From an uncultured Alphaproteobacteria bacterium (GTDB taxonomy: Bacteria > Pseudomonadota > Alphaproteobacteria > Rhizobiales > Xanthobacteraceae): a DNA stretch of 64,000 nt. Made by a program: the position numbers and the translations under genes. The DNA lies in assembly GCA_963814215.1 (NCBI GenBank), contig CAWFCM010000008.1, positions 2,539 through 66,538 of the forward strand, read 5' to 3'. Below, one piece after another: positions 18,559 to 27,988 of the stretch (the first letter of the stretch is position 1; every line of letters begins with the position of its first letter). The notes below the pieces were generated by a model. It worked only from the letters and a program-made list of their open reading frames with translations, did no database searches and was not told where the DNA came from.

Positions 18559-19741
18559 ATGCAGCGCAGCACGCGCCGGATCCTCACCACCCACACCGGC
18601 AGCCTGCCGCGGCCCGGCGATCTCGTCGCGATGCTCAACGCCAAGGAATTGGGTGAACCCTACGACGCCAAGGCGTTCGCGGCGCGTGTCAGCCGGGCCG
18701 TCTCCGAGGTGGTCCAGCAGCAGGTCGACACCAAGATCGACGTCGTCGGCGACGGCGAGCACAGCAAGTTCAACTGGATGGCCTATGCACGGGCGCGCCT
18801 CACCGGGCTGGAGGAGATCGACAGTCCGGTGCGGTTTCGCGGCGCAACCCGCGACTCGATCGAATTTGCCGGCGCCTACGAAGACCTGAAGATCATGCAC
18901 GCCGCGCGCTCCGGCGGGCTGGTCGCCAAGCGCACCGCGCGGCCAAAGGCGCTGGTGTGCGCGGGACCGATCAAATACGTCGGGCATGACGAACTCCGCG
19001 CCGATATCGAAAATCTGAAGAGATCGATAGCGGGGAAGAACTTCGAGGAAGCCTTCATCACCGCGATTTCACCTTCCAATCTGGAGCTCTATTACGAGAA
19101 CCGGCACTACGGTTCTGACGAGGAGTACCTCGAAGCGCTCGGCGAAGCGATGCGGGTGGAATATCTCGCGATCATCGAGGCTGGTTTTCTGCTGCAGATC
19201 GACGATCCGCGCATGGCGACGCACTACAACCGCGCCACCGACGCGACGATCGAGAACTGCCGCGAAGTTCATCACGCTGCGTGTCGAAGCGCTCAACCAT
19301 GCGCTGCGCGGCATCCCGGAGGAGAAAATCCGCTTCCACACCTGCTACAGCACCAACATCGCGCCACGGGTGCACGATTTCGAGCTGAAGCACTTCGCCG
19401 ATCTCATGCTTCAGGTCCGCGCCGCGGCCTACCTGATCGAGGCCGCCAACCCGCGCCACGAGCACGAGTGGGCGGTGTGGCAGGACGTGAAGCTGCCGGA
19501 CGACAAGATCGTCATACCCGGCGTGGTCTCGCACTGCGTCCATCTCGTGGAGCATCCGGAACTGGTGGCGCAACGCATCATCCGCTTCGCCGATGTCGTT
19601 GGGCGCGAGCGCGTCATCGCCGGCACCGATTGCGGCTTCGGCACTTCGGGCGCGGGCGACGAGGTGCACCCGGACGTGGCATGGGCCAAGCTGCGCGCCA
19701 TGGTCGAGGGCGCACGGATCGCGTCGAAGCGGCTATTCTGA
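18559..19741 (+). pseudogene. MetE-C-terminal-like (CIMS) protein, copy 2, frameshifted
   Basis: MQRSTRRILTTHTGSLPRP... runs in the frame of ORF 17392..19773 up to DATIENCR. Homology then continues in another frame (KFITLRVEALNHALRGIPEEKIRFHTCYST...GTDCGFGTSG...ASKRLF, ending at 19741). The shift is at about 19261-19266. Confidence 0.8.
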
Positions 19742-19759
19742 CCGGGCAAGGGGAAGACG

Positions 19760-20521
19760 ATGACGACTTATAGGAAAATTACGACAACGCTGCTGGGCGC
19801 ACTGAGCGCGCTCATGATGAGCACCGCTGTTCACGCCGCTGACATCACGCTGCTGGGCTCGACCGCGATGCGCGAGCCGCTCGAAGAGCTGATCCCGATG
19901 TTCGAAAAGGCGACCGGTCACAAGGTGACAATGACGCTCTTTCCGGCCGCCACGCTGATGATCAAGGTCAGGGAGGGATCGCCCTCGGACCTGGTGATGA
20001 CCACGCCGGACAACATCGACGCGCTGACAAAGGACGGTAGGCTGATCGCGGGCACGCGCGTCGATTTCGTCCACGCCCGCGTCGGCATCGCGGTGAAAAG
20101 CGGCGCGCCGAAGCCCAACATCAGCACGCCGGAGACGTTGAAGACCGCGCTCCTCGCCGCCAGGTCGATCGGCGTCAGCCGCGGACCGAGCGGCGTGCAT
20201 CTGCTGAATGCGATGGCTAAGATCGGCATCGCCGATCAGGTCAAGGCCAAGATGATCCAGCCGGACCTCGGCGTGCGGGTCGGCACGCTGGTGGCTGACG
20301 GCAAGGCCGAAATCGGCGTGCAACAGATCGGCGAGCTGCTGCCGATCAGGGGCATCGACTACGTCGGTCCACTGCCGAAGGAGTTGCAGACCGTGATCGT
20401 GTACGGCATCACGCGGCCGGTGAACGCCAAGGACTGGGCGACCGCGGAGGCACTGGTGAAATTCCTCACCGCGCCGGACAAGGCGCCGCTGCTGCGCAAG
20501 ATCGGGCTTGATCCGGCCTGA
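19760..20521 (+). CDS. ModA-like periplasmic solute-binding protein (molybdate/tungstate-binding-fold family)
   Basis: 253 aa with signal peptide LMMSTAVHAADITLLGSTAM. Size and pattern (ADLVMTTPDNIDAL, YVGPLPKELQ) are typical of SBP_bac_11-type proteins. No cognate permease is adjacent. Confidence 0.65.
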   Translation: MTTYRKITTTLLGALSALMMSTAVHAADITLLGSTAMREPLEELIPMFEKATGHKVTMTLFPAATLMIKVREGSPSDLVMTTPDNIDALTKDGRLIAGTRVDFVHARVGIAVKSGAPKPNISTPETLKTALLAARSIGVSRGPSGVHLLNAMAKIGIADQVKAKMIQPDLGVRVGTLVADGKAEIGVQQIGELLPIRGIDYVGPLPKELQTVIVYGITRPVNAKDWATAEALVKFLTAPDKAPLLRKIGLDPA

Positions 20522-20523
20522 GC

Positions 20524-20625
20524 CAGGCGTGTACTCATAAACACGCAATCGGCACATGGGCTTTATGTCCGCTACGCGCCCAAAAGACATTCAGCGGCAA
20601 CCTTTCGATGTCCGTTTAGTGCCCA
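20524..20625 (-). repeat. Dispersed ~107-bp repeat, copy B (reverse orientation), abutting the left edge of the AT-richer island
   Basis: The reverse complement reads ...gtcttttgggcgcgtagcggacataaagccc...gtttatgagtacacgcc, matching copies A and D. Confidence 0.6.
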
Positions 20626-20817
20626 GCAGCGGACTTACTCCCATTGGGCCCAAAAGGCTAGCGGCGGACGCGTCGGTGAGGATCGTTGGCGGGCGACCAA
20701 TGCTGACGACCGGTGCGATGGTCGGTTCGTAGTCTCTCGACTGGCGAACCTCGCGGGCAATCTTCTGCCGCTTTCCGATATAGCTTTTTGTCAGCCCGCA
20801 ACTCGTTGGAGGCGCGT

Positions 20818-23289
20818 GTGACTATTTCCGAATTGCTTGAAGCGTATTTAGCATGCCCTATGAAATGTTACCTGCAATCGACTGGAGAGAAATGCTCGGA
20901 AAACAAATATGCAGATTGGTACCGGACGAAAAATGACTCGTACCGTCGTGCTGGAATCAGGAGATTGACAACGGTCTTTTCGCGCGCGTTGGCAGATGGT
21001 CAAATCGAACCGCGGCAATTGAAGACGGCGCGAAGGCAACTTGCCTACGATCAAGCGTTCGAAGCGGATGGGCTCTCGGCCAGTATTCATGCTGTCGAGC
21101 GAGTTACATCGAAAGCAGGGTCGCCAGAAGTCACACCCATTCGGTTTGTTCATTCGAATAGGCCATCTCGTTCAGATCGAATGATAGCTGCCTTCGACGC
21201 ACTCGTACTCTCAAAGGCTACGCGTCAGGGTATTCCTTACGCAAAAATTATCTATGGTGATTCCTGCGCAACCATGAAAGTCCAGTTCGTAGCTCACCTT
21301 CGTGAGCTTACAGGAGTTATTAAAAAGCTGAAAAAGTCCTTGGCTGCGGCGACTCCACCAGAGTTGGTGCTGAATCGGCATTGCCCAGCGTGCGAATATC
21401 GTGATCGCTGTCGAGCCAAGGCAATCGAAAAAGATGATCTGAGCCTCCTCGCAGGTTTGAGCGACAAAGAACGAGCCAGGCTAAATCGGAGGGGCATTTT
21501 CACTGTAAACCAACTCTCCCACACATTTCGACCGCGCCGACGCCCGAAGCGGCTCGCGGCCGGGCCCGAAAAATATCATCACTCACTGCGAGCCCTTGCG
21601 ATTCGTGAGAGAAAGATACACCTCGTTGGGCAGTTGCAGCTTACAGTTGATGGAACGCCTGTCTTCTTCGACGTGGAGTCACTTCCCGACCGAGATTTCT
21701 ATTATTTGATTGGCGTTCGTATCGAGGTCAACGGGCATTACACGTTTCACAGTTTTTGGGCGAACTCACTTTCGGACGAGCGGATGATTTGGAACGAGTT
21801 CCTTGCAGTACTGTCGGCCATCGACAGGCCGGTCCTCATTCACTACGGCAGTTTCGAAGCGAAGTTTCTGAAGAAGATGTGCGCCCGCCATGGTTCGCCG
21901 CCCGACGGATCGATTGCGGCGGGAGCGATAGCTTCGCCTCTTAACCTGCTGTCCTGCATATTTGCGAGGGTGTATTTTCCGTCCTATTCAAACGGCCTCA
22001 AAGAGAATGCACGCTTTCTGGGTTTTGAATGGAGCGACAAGACCGCAGATGGACTTCAGGCGATTGCCGGGCGCCATTTGTGGGAAGAGTCGTCCGACCC
22101 GGACGTCCGTGAAAAATTGATCACGTACAACAAAGAGGACTGTGCCGCCCTTAGTGTGATGACTCGCGCGATTGGTCAATTATCTGAGGACGCTTGCTCG
22201 AACGAAACACGACTATCCAGGACTGACGTTGTCTGTACAGATACGATCCGACCTCGTGCGAAGTGGCGGCCGTTTAAGAGTCCGATTTTGGACATGGAGA
22301 AAATCAACTCAGCAGCTCGTTGGGATTATCAGAGGGATCGCGTCTTCGTGCGGTCCGCAGCGGCACGGCGGCGGATAGCGCAGCAATCAACGCGGCGCGT
22401 GCAAGCCAAGAGAGCTCAAAAGGTCGTTTTTCTGCATACACCGACCGCTTGCCCCTGCTGTCAGAAGGTGTGGCGTAAGAAGGGCCGCTTACTATCGAGG
22501 ACCGTACACGATTTGATTTTTGGTAGGGACAGTATCAAGCGAAGGGTCATTCAGTACGAAACTCAAACATACATCTGCCGGAGCTGCGGACATGAATGGG
22601 GTCTGAGCGATTTGCGTTTGCACGGTCGAAATTGGGGCTGGAACATCGTTTCTTATTTTGTTTACAACGTCATCGAGTTGTGCATTCCGCAGCTCACATT
22701 GCAGCATAGTATCAATCGGCTGTTTGGTGGACATCTGGTTCGAAGCTCACTGAATGAATTCAAGGCTAGGGCATCTAGAATCTATTGTGACACTAGGGAA
22801 GAGATATTAAAGCGGATCATTGACGGAAGTGTAATTCACGCAGACGAGACCAATGCTAACATCAAGGGGCACCTAGGCTACGTGTGGGTTTTGACGAATC
22901 TGACGGATGTTGTCTACATTCTCACTGAGAGCCGTGAGGGCGAAACAGTTCAACAATTGCTGAAAGGATTTAGAGGAGTGCTTGTGACGGATTTCTACGC
23001 CGCTTACGAATTGATCGAATGCCCTCAACAGAAATGCCTTATACATTTGATGCGAGATTTGAACGACGAAATCTTGAATAATCCGTTTGATGATGAGGCG
23101 AAGTCGATAGCTCTTCAATTCGCCGCTTTGCTTAGGTCCATTGTGAATACCATCGATCGTCGTGGACTGAAGGCACATTTCCTTCGGAAGCATTTGAGAG
23201 AAGTTGACAAGTTCTTCGGCTTTCTCGGCAAGAGTAACTTTGGGAGCGAAGTCGCCGACAAACTCAAGCAACGATTTGAGAAGAATTGA
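20818..23289 (+). CDS. Fusion protein: Cas4/RecB-like nuclease + RNase-H-fold (TM0106-type) region + zinc ribbon + IS66-type DDE transposase; terminated by an in-frame TGA
   Basis: The GTG at 20818 is preceded by GGAGG. Nuclease-side motifs are ACPMKC plus CPACEYRDRC (C-x2-C-x5-C), then FFDVES and YNKEDC. Transposase-side motifs are CPCC...CRSC, HADETN, LVTDFYAAY and CLIHLMRDL. The region is visibly AT-richer than its flanks. Confidence 0.8.
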   Translation: MTISELLEAYLACPMKCYLQSTGEKCSENKYADWYRTKNDSYRRAGIRRLTTVFSRALADGQIEPRQLKTARRQLAYDQAFEADGLSASIHAVERVTSKAGSPEVTPIRFVHSNRPSRSDRMIAAFDALVLSKATRQGIPYAKIIYGDSCATMKVQFVAHLRELTGVIKKLKKSLAAATPPELVLNRHCPACEYRDRCRAKAIEKDDLSLLAGLSDKERARLNRRGIFTVNQLSHTFRPRRRPKRLAAGPEKYHHSLRALAIRERKIHLVGQLQLTVDGTPVFFDVESLPDRDFYYLIGVRIEVNGHYTFHSFWANSLSDERMIWNEFLAVLSAIDRPVLIHYGSFEAKFLKKMCARHGSPPDGSIAAGAIASPLNLLSCIFARVYFPSYSNGLKENARFLGFEWSDKTADGLQAIAGRHLWEESSDPDVREKLITYNKEDCAALSVMTRAIGQLSEDACSNETRLSRTDVVCTDTIRPRAKWRPFKSPILDMEKINSAARWDYQRDRVFVRSAAARRRIAQQSTRRVQAKRAQKVVFLHTPTACPCCQKVWRKKGRLLSRTVHDLIFGRDSIKRRVIQYETQTYICRSCGHEWGLSDLRLHGRNWGWNIVSYFVYNVIELCIPQLTLQHSINRLFGGHLVRSSLNEFKARASRIYCDTREEILKRIIDGSVIHADETNANIKGHLGYVWVLTNLTDVVYILTESREGETVQQLLKGFRGVLVTDFYAAYELIECPQQKCLIHLMRDLNDEILNNPFDDEAKSIALQFAALLRSIVNTIDRRGLKAHFLRKHLREVDKFFGFLGKSNFGSEVADKLKQRFEKN

Positions 23290-23544
23290 GAGAAGCTATT
23301 CACCTTCCTCCGCTACGATGGAGTGCCTTGGAACAATAACAATGCTGAACATGCTATCAAGTCGTTCGCAAGGCTTCGAGACGTCATTGCAGGGTCTTCT
23401 ACGAAGAAAGGCATTGAAGAATATCTCACGCTCCTAAGCGTTTCAGAGAGTTGCAAGTACCGAGGTATCGATTTTCTGGATTTCCTTCGCTCTGGGCAAA
23501 GGGACATCGCGACGTTTGCGCAGGCCCGCTCCAAAGTTGTGTAG
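23290..23544 (+). pseudogene. C-terminal IS66-transposase segment, in the same frame as 20818..23289 but separated from it by the TGA at 23287-23289
   Basis: EKLFTFLRYDGVPWNNNNAEHAIKSFARLRDVIAGSSTKKGIEEYL...YRGIDFLDFL resembles the IS66 TnpC C-terminal region. Frame identity was checked: 23323-23290 = 33 nt. Confidence 0.75.
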
Positions 23545-23654
23545 TTGATGGGCAACTCTCGGTCTCGCCGAAATTGGGGCCTCAGGGGTAGCGCGGGTGT
23601 GGGTCGCTGTTGGTCTACCTCGGGGCAGAAACGGCCGTGCGGCTTTTAGTTCAC

Positions 23655-23733
23655 ATCTGGTTTCTCTGAAGCGGACGTCGGACGAATGGATGAGGCAGGT
23701 CGGCTTTTGGCTGCGCGCTTATAAGCCCACGCC
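23655..23733 (+). repeat. Dispersed repeat, partial copy C, right of the island
   Basis: tctgaagcggacgtcgg...cgcgcttataagcccacgcc matches the AGCGGAC(A/G)T core and the TATGAG..CGCC tail of copies A and D. It ends at the stop codon of the next gene. Confidence 0.5.
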
Positions 23734-25087
23734 TTACCCCGACGCCTTGCGCCGGCCGATCTCCGCGGCAGCGGCGGCCTGGAGATTCTCCGGACGCGCC
23801 AGCCCGAGATTTTCACGCAGCGTGCGGCCTTCGTACTGCGTGCGAAACAGGCCGCGGCGTTGCAGTTCCGGCACGACCTGCTCGACAAAGGCTTCGAAGC
23901 CATCAGGCAGCGTCGGCGTCAGGATGTTGAAGCCGTCGGCGGCGCCGCTCTTGTACCAATGCTCAAGCGAGTCGGCGATGTCGCTGGCGGTGCCATAGAC
24001 CGCGCGGTGCGCCCGCGTTCCCGCCACCTTCCGGTAAAGCTGCCGGATCGTCAGGCCCTCGCGCCGCGCCATCTCGACGATGACCTTCTGCCGGCCTTGT
24101 TGCGAATTGGTCAGCGGCACGTCCGGCATCGGTCCGTCGAGCGGATACGGCGAAAGATCCATCGCCACCATCTCGGACAGATACGCCACGCCAAGCTCGG
24201 GATGGATAAGCGACTGGATCTGGTCGTACTTGTCTTCGGCTTCGGCCTTGCTGCGTCCGATCACGGCCAGCACGCCCGGCATGATCTTGATCGAGTCCGG
24301 CGGGCGGCCGTGCTTGGCGGCACGGCTCTTCATATCGGCGTAGAATTCGCGCGCCTTCTCGATGTCCTGCTCGACCGAGAACACCACATCGGCGGCCTGC
24401 GCGGCGAGCGAGCGCCCCGCCTCCGATTGGCCGGCGTGGACGATCACCGGGCGGCCCTGCGGCGAGCGCTGGATCATCAGCGGACCGCGCACCGAGAAGT
24501 GCTTGCCCTTGTGATTGAGCATGTGCAGCTTGGCCGGGTCGAAGAACAGCCCTTCCGCCTTGTCCAGCACGAAGGCGTCGTCTTCCCAGGTGTCCCATAG
24601 TCCGAGCACGACCTGCACGAACTCGGCCGCGCGCTCGTAACGCTCGCCGTGCGGCGCATGCGCGGCATGGCTGAAGTTGAGCGCCTCGGCAGGCAGCCGA
24701 CGAGGTGACGACATTCCAGCCGGTGCGGCCTTCGCTGAGCTGGTCGAGCGACGCGAACATGCGCGCCACATGAAACGGCTCGAGATAGGTCGTGGTCGCG
24801 GTTGCGACCAGGCCGATGTGTTGCGTGACGGCGGCGAGCGCGCCGAGCAGGGTGATCGGCTCGATACGGTGCGCCACCGTGGTGCGCTTCCAGACGTCGA
24901 TGTCGTCGGGACCGAAGGTGGCCTGGGTGTCGGCGTTGAACACGAAATCGAACAGCCCACGCTCGGCGAGCTGCGCGAGGTGCACGTAGTGGCCGAGCTT
25001 CTGGCCCGCGGCCGGATCGACCGCCGGATCGCGCCAGGCGGCGATGTTGTGCCCGGGTCCATGCAGGAAGAGGCCAAGCTTCATCAT
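23734..25087 (-). pseudogene. NtaA/SnaA/DszA-type luciferase-like monooxygenase, frameshifted
   Basis: The N-terminus MMKLGLFLHGPGHNIAAWRDP...GRTGWNVVTSS is in frame 23963..25087. The remainder AEALNFSHAAHAPHGERYERAAEFV...TPTLPDGFEAFVEQVVPELQRRGLFR is in frame 23734..25077. The shift is at about 24685-24700. Confidence 0.8.
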
Positions 25088-25122
25088 GCGCTAATGCCCT
25101 CAATGGGCTTGCAGCGCCAAGC

Positions 25123-25827
25123 CTACGACGAACCGAGGTGCTTTTTGAAGAAATCCACCGTCAGCCCCAGCGCGCGGTCGGCCTCCGGCTTCGAATAGGT
25201 CCGCCCGCCGTGGCGTGCGAAGGCGTGGTCGGCGCCGGGATATTTGTGGATCGTCACCAGCGGATTGGGTGACAGCCGCCGCTCCAGCATGTCGTTCACC
25301 TCGGCCTGCACCCAGCGATCCTTCATCGCCATGTGCAGCACGAACGGCCGGTGCAGGTTCTTCACCTCCTTGATGCGGTGCTCGATGTAGGTGCCGTAGT
25401 AGGCCACCGCGCAGTCGATGTCGGTGCGGCAGCACATCAGGTAGCAGAGCTTGCCGCCGAGGCAGTAACCGACCGCACCGACCTTGCCGTTGCAGCCCGG
25501 CAACGTTTGCAGGTAGTGCCAGGTGTCCTCCATGTCGCGCACGCCGAGGTCGTAGTCGAACTCGTAGTAGAGATCGAACGCCTTCGGGATGTCGGCCGGA
25601 TTCTTGTCGGACAGTTCGACGCCCGGCTCCTGCCGCCAGAACAGGTCAGGCACCAGGCAGATGAAGCCGGCCTCCGCGAACTCGTGCGCGTGGTGGCGCA
25701 TGGTGTCGTTGACGCCCCAGATTTCCATGATCGCGATGATCGCACCTGCCGGTGTCTTGTCGGGATAGGCGATGTAGGCGCCCATCTCGCCGTCGCGCAG
25801 CTTCACGCGGATGTTTTCGGTTCGCAT
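25123..25827 (-). CDS. Dienelactone hydrolase family protein
   Basis: 234 aa with the nucleophile motif GYCLGG and PGADHAF near the C-terminus. Confidence 0.85.
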   Translation of the reverse strand: MRTENIRVKLRDGEMGAYIAYPDKTPAGAIIAIMEIWGVNDTMRHHAHEFAEAGFICLVPDLFWRQEPGVELSDKNPADIPKAFDLYYEFDYDLGVRDMEDTWHYLQTLPGCNGKVGAVGYCLGGKLCYLMCCRTDIDCAVAYYGTYIEHRIKEVKNLHRPFVLHMAMKDRWVQAEVNDMLERRLSPNPLVTIHKYPGADHAFARHGGRTYSKPEADRALGLTVDFFKKHLGSS

Positions 25828-25837
25828 TCCTGCCCCT

Positions 25838-26836
25838 CTACAACTTCAACAACGTCCTCGCATTCCCCTCGAAAATCTGCCGCTTCTCATCCTGCGATAT
25901 CTCCAGCGCTTCGACCGCCGCGATGCTACGCCGCAACAAGCCCCTGCCCTGCTCGGAATCGAACGGCGCGTCGCTGGCAAACAGGCATTGCTTGGTACCG
26001 AAGAATGCGTGGCCGCAGCGCGTCGGCGCGACCTCGCCCAGCGCGGTGTCGGCGTAGAGCATCTTGAAATACTCGACCGGCGGCTTCTTCAGTCCGGCCT
26101 CGGCCGCGACCGGATTCTTCTCCGGCGCGCCGAAGAAAATCTGCCGGAAGCCGAGCTGAATCTTGCCGGTGAAATACGGGATCATGCCGCCCATGTGATG
26201 GCTGACGATCTTCAGCGCCGGCATCTCGTCGAAAATCCCGGAGTAGATCAGCCGTGTCATGCAGGCGGTGGTCTCATAGGGCCAGCCGAAGCTGAACCAG
26301 ATTTCGTTCTGCGATTCCTTCTCGGTGGCGTAGTCCGAGAACTGCGCCGCCCGCATCGGATGCACCCAGACCGGCAGGTCGTGCTGCACCATGCGCGCGA
26401 ACAACGGCCGATACTCCGGCGTCGACAACGGCTTGCCCGCGACATTGGTGAACATCTGAACACCGCGGGCGCCAAGCGTCTTCACCGCGCGGTCGATCTC
26501 GGCGAGCGAGGCCTCGACATTGTTCATCGGCAGCGACGCGATGAACGCCGGAAACCGGTCGGGATGCTTGCGGCAGACCTCGGCCAGCGCGTCGTTGGCG
26601 AACCGCACCAAATCCGGCGACTTGTCCGGTCCTGCGATCAACTCCGGCGGCGGATTGGCCAGCGAGATGACGTGCTGCATCTCGCCGAACTCGTCCATCA
26701 GCCGCAGCCGTGCCTCAAGATCCACCAAGGGCTGCAGCCGCGGAAACGCTGTGAGCACCGGGTGGCCGGGAATGAAATCGCCCAGGCGATCGAAATACGC
26801 CTTCGGCATGAAGTGATTGAAGATATCGATGATCAT
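25838..26836 (-). CDS. Amidohydrolase_2 (ACMSD/LigW/resorcylate-decarboxylase-like) family protein
   Basis: 332 aa with MIIDIFNHFMP, VWVHP, SHHMGGMIPY and FASDAPFD. Confidence 0.8.
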   Translation of the reverse strand: MIIDIFNHFMPKAYFDRLGDFIPGHPVLTAFPRLQPLVDLEARLRLMDEFGEMQHVISLANPPPELIAGPDKSPDLVRFANDALAEVCRKHPDRFPAFIASLPMNNVEASLAEIDRAVKTLGARGVQMFTNVAGKPLSTPEYRPLFARMVQHDLPVWVHPMRAAQFSDYATEKESQNEIWFSFGWPYETTACMTRLIYSGIFDEMPALKIVSHHMGGMIPYFTGKIQLGFRQIFFGAPEKNPVAAEAGLKKPPVEYFKMLYADTALGEVAPTRCGHAFFGTKQCLFASDAPFDSEQGRGLLRRSIAAVEALEISQDEKRQIFEGNARTLLKL

Positions 26837-26842
26837 TGTCGG

Positions 26843-27874
26843 CTACGTCAACTCCCGGCGCACGATGGCAGCCCCGGCGGCGAGCGCCAAGAGCTTGCCG
26901 TATGCCACTTCGCGCGACAGGTATTTCATGCCGCAATCCGGCGCCGGAACAAGCCGCTCGGCCGGCACGTGCTCCAGCGCCGCGCGGATGCGCTCCGCCA
27001 CCGTGTCCGCCGTTTCCACCGTGCGGTCGCCGAGATCAATCACGCCGAGCACGATGGTCTTGCCGGAAAGATCCTTCAGCATGCCGAGGTCGAGCTTGGG
27101 CTGCGCCGCCTCGATGGAAATCTGATCCGCCGTGCTGTCGGCGAGCTGCGGCAGGAACGCGTAACCCAACGGCTTCTGGCCCGGCACCACCGCCGCATAG
27201 CCGAAGCACAGGTGCACCACGGTCGGCACCTTCAAGCCTTGCAGCGCGCGGTTGAGCGCCGGCACCGCGATGCGCTTGGCCGCATCCGGATCGTTGCGCA
27301 GCCAGGGATCGTCGAGCTGGATGACATCGGCGCCGGCCGCTTCGAGGTCGCGCACCTCCTCGTTCACCGCGGCGGCGAAGTCCATCACCATCTCGTCGTT
27401 GTCCTTGTAGAATTCGTTGTGCGCCTGCTGCGCCATGGTGAAGGGCCCGGGCAACGTGATCTTCGCCTTGCGCTCGGTATTGCGGCGCAGGAATTTCATA
27501 TCCTCGACTTCGACCGGACCTTTGCGTGCGATCCTGCCGACCACGCGCGGCACGCTGACCGAGCGGCCGGCACGGTTGGTGATGGTGGCCGGATTTTCGT
27601 TGTCGACGCCGTCGAGCGCGGTGGCGAAGCGGTTGGAATAGCTTTCGCGGCGCATCTCACCGTCGGTGATGATGTCGATGCCGGCGCGCTCCATGTCGCG
27701 GATCGCCAGGATGGTGGCGTCGTCCTGCGCCTGCGCGAGATAGGGCTCTGCGACGCGCCACAGTTCGTGCACGCGCACGCGCGGCACCATGGTCTTGAGC
27801 AACTCGCGATCGACCAGCCAGTCCGGTTGTGGGTAGCTGCCCACAACGGTGGTCGGAAGCAATGGGTCCGCCAT
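26843..27874 (-). CDS. MetE-C-terminal-like (CIMS) zinc protein, copy 3
   Basis: 343 aa with LLPTTVVGSYPQPDWL, VHLCFGY (H-x-C) and PAPDCGMKY. It lies 6 nt upstream of the amidohydrolase_2 gene. Confidence 0.85.
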   Translation of the reverse strand: MADPLLPTTVVGSYPQPDWLVDRELLKTMVPRVRVHELWRVAEPYLAQAQDDATILAIRDMERAGIDIITDGEMRRESYSNRFATALDGVDNENPATITNRAGRSVSVPRVVGRIARKGPVEVEDMKFLRRNTERKAKITLPGPFTMAQQAHNEFYKDNDEMVMDFAAAVNEEVRDLEAAGADVIQLDDPWLRNDPDAAKRIAVPALNRALQGLKVPTVVHLCFGYAAVVPGQKPLGYAFLPQLADSTADQISIEAAQPKLDLGMLKDLSGKTIVLGVIDLGDRTVETADTVAERIRAALEHVPAERLVPAPDCGMKYLSREVAYGKLLALAAGAAIVRRELT

Positions 27875-27988
27875 GCCAAGCTCCTCGGCTTGATCTCACG
27901 ATAGGACTTGAACCTGTTGGACGACATCAAGCATGCTTTCAAGGCGCAGGAAAAGCGCCACAACGAATAAACCGGCAGGGAGGATTTC

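Noticed and set aside
20725-20765. tRNA-like fragment (ggtcggttcgtagtc), a possible integration site at the island edge.
   Set aside because: It does not match the T-loop consensus GGTTCGAATCC, and no acceptor or anticodon arms could be built.
23287-23289. TGA as a selenocysteine or programmed recoding site.
   Set aside because: No SECIS-like hairpin is evident immediately downstream, and transposases are not known selenoproteins. A TGG to TGA nonsense mutation is more parsimonious.
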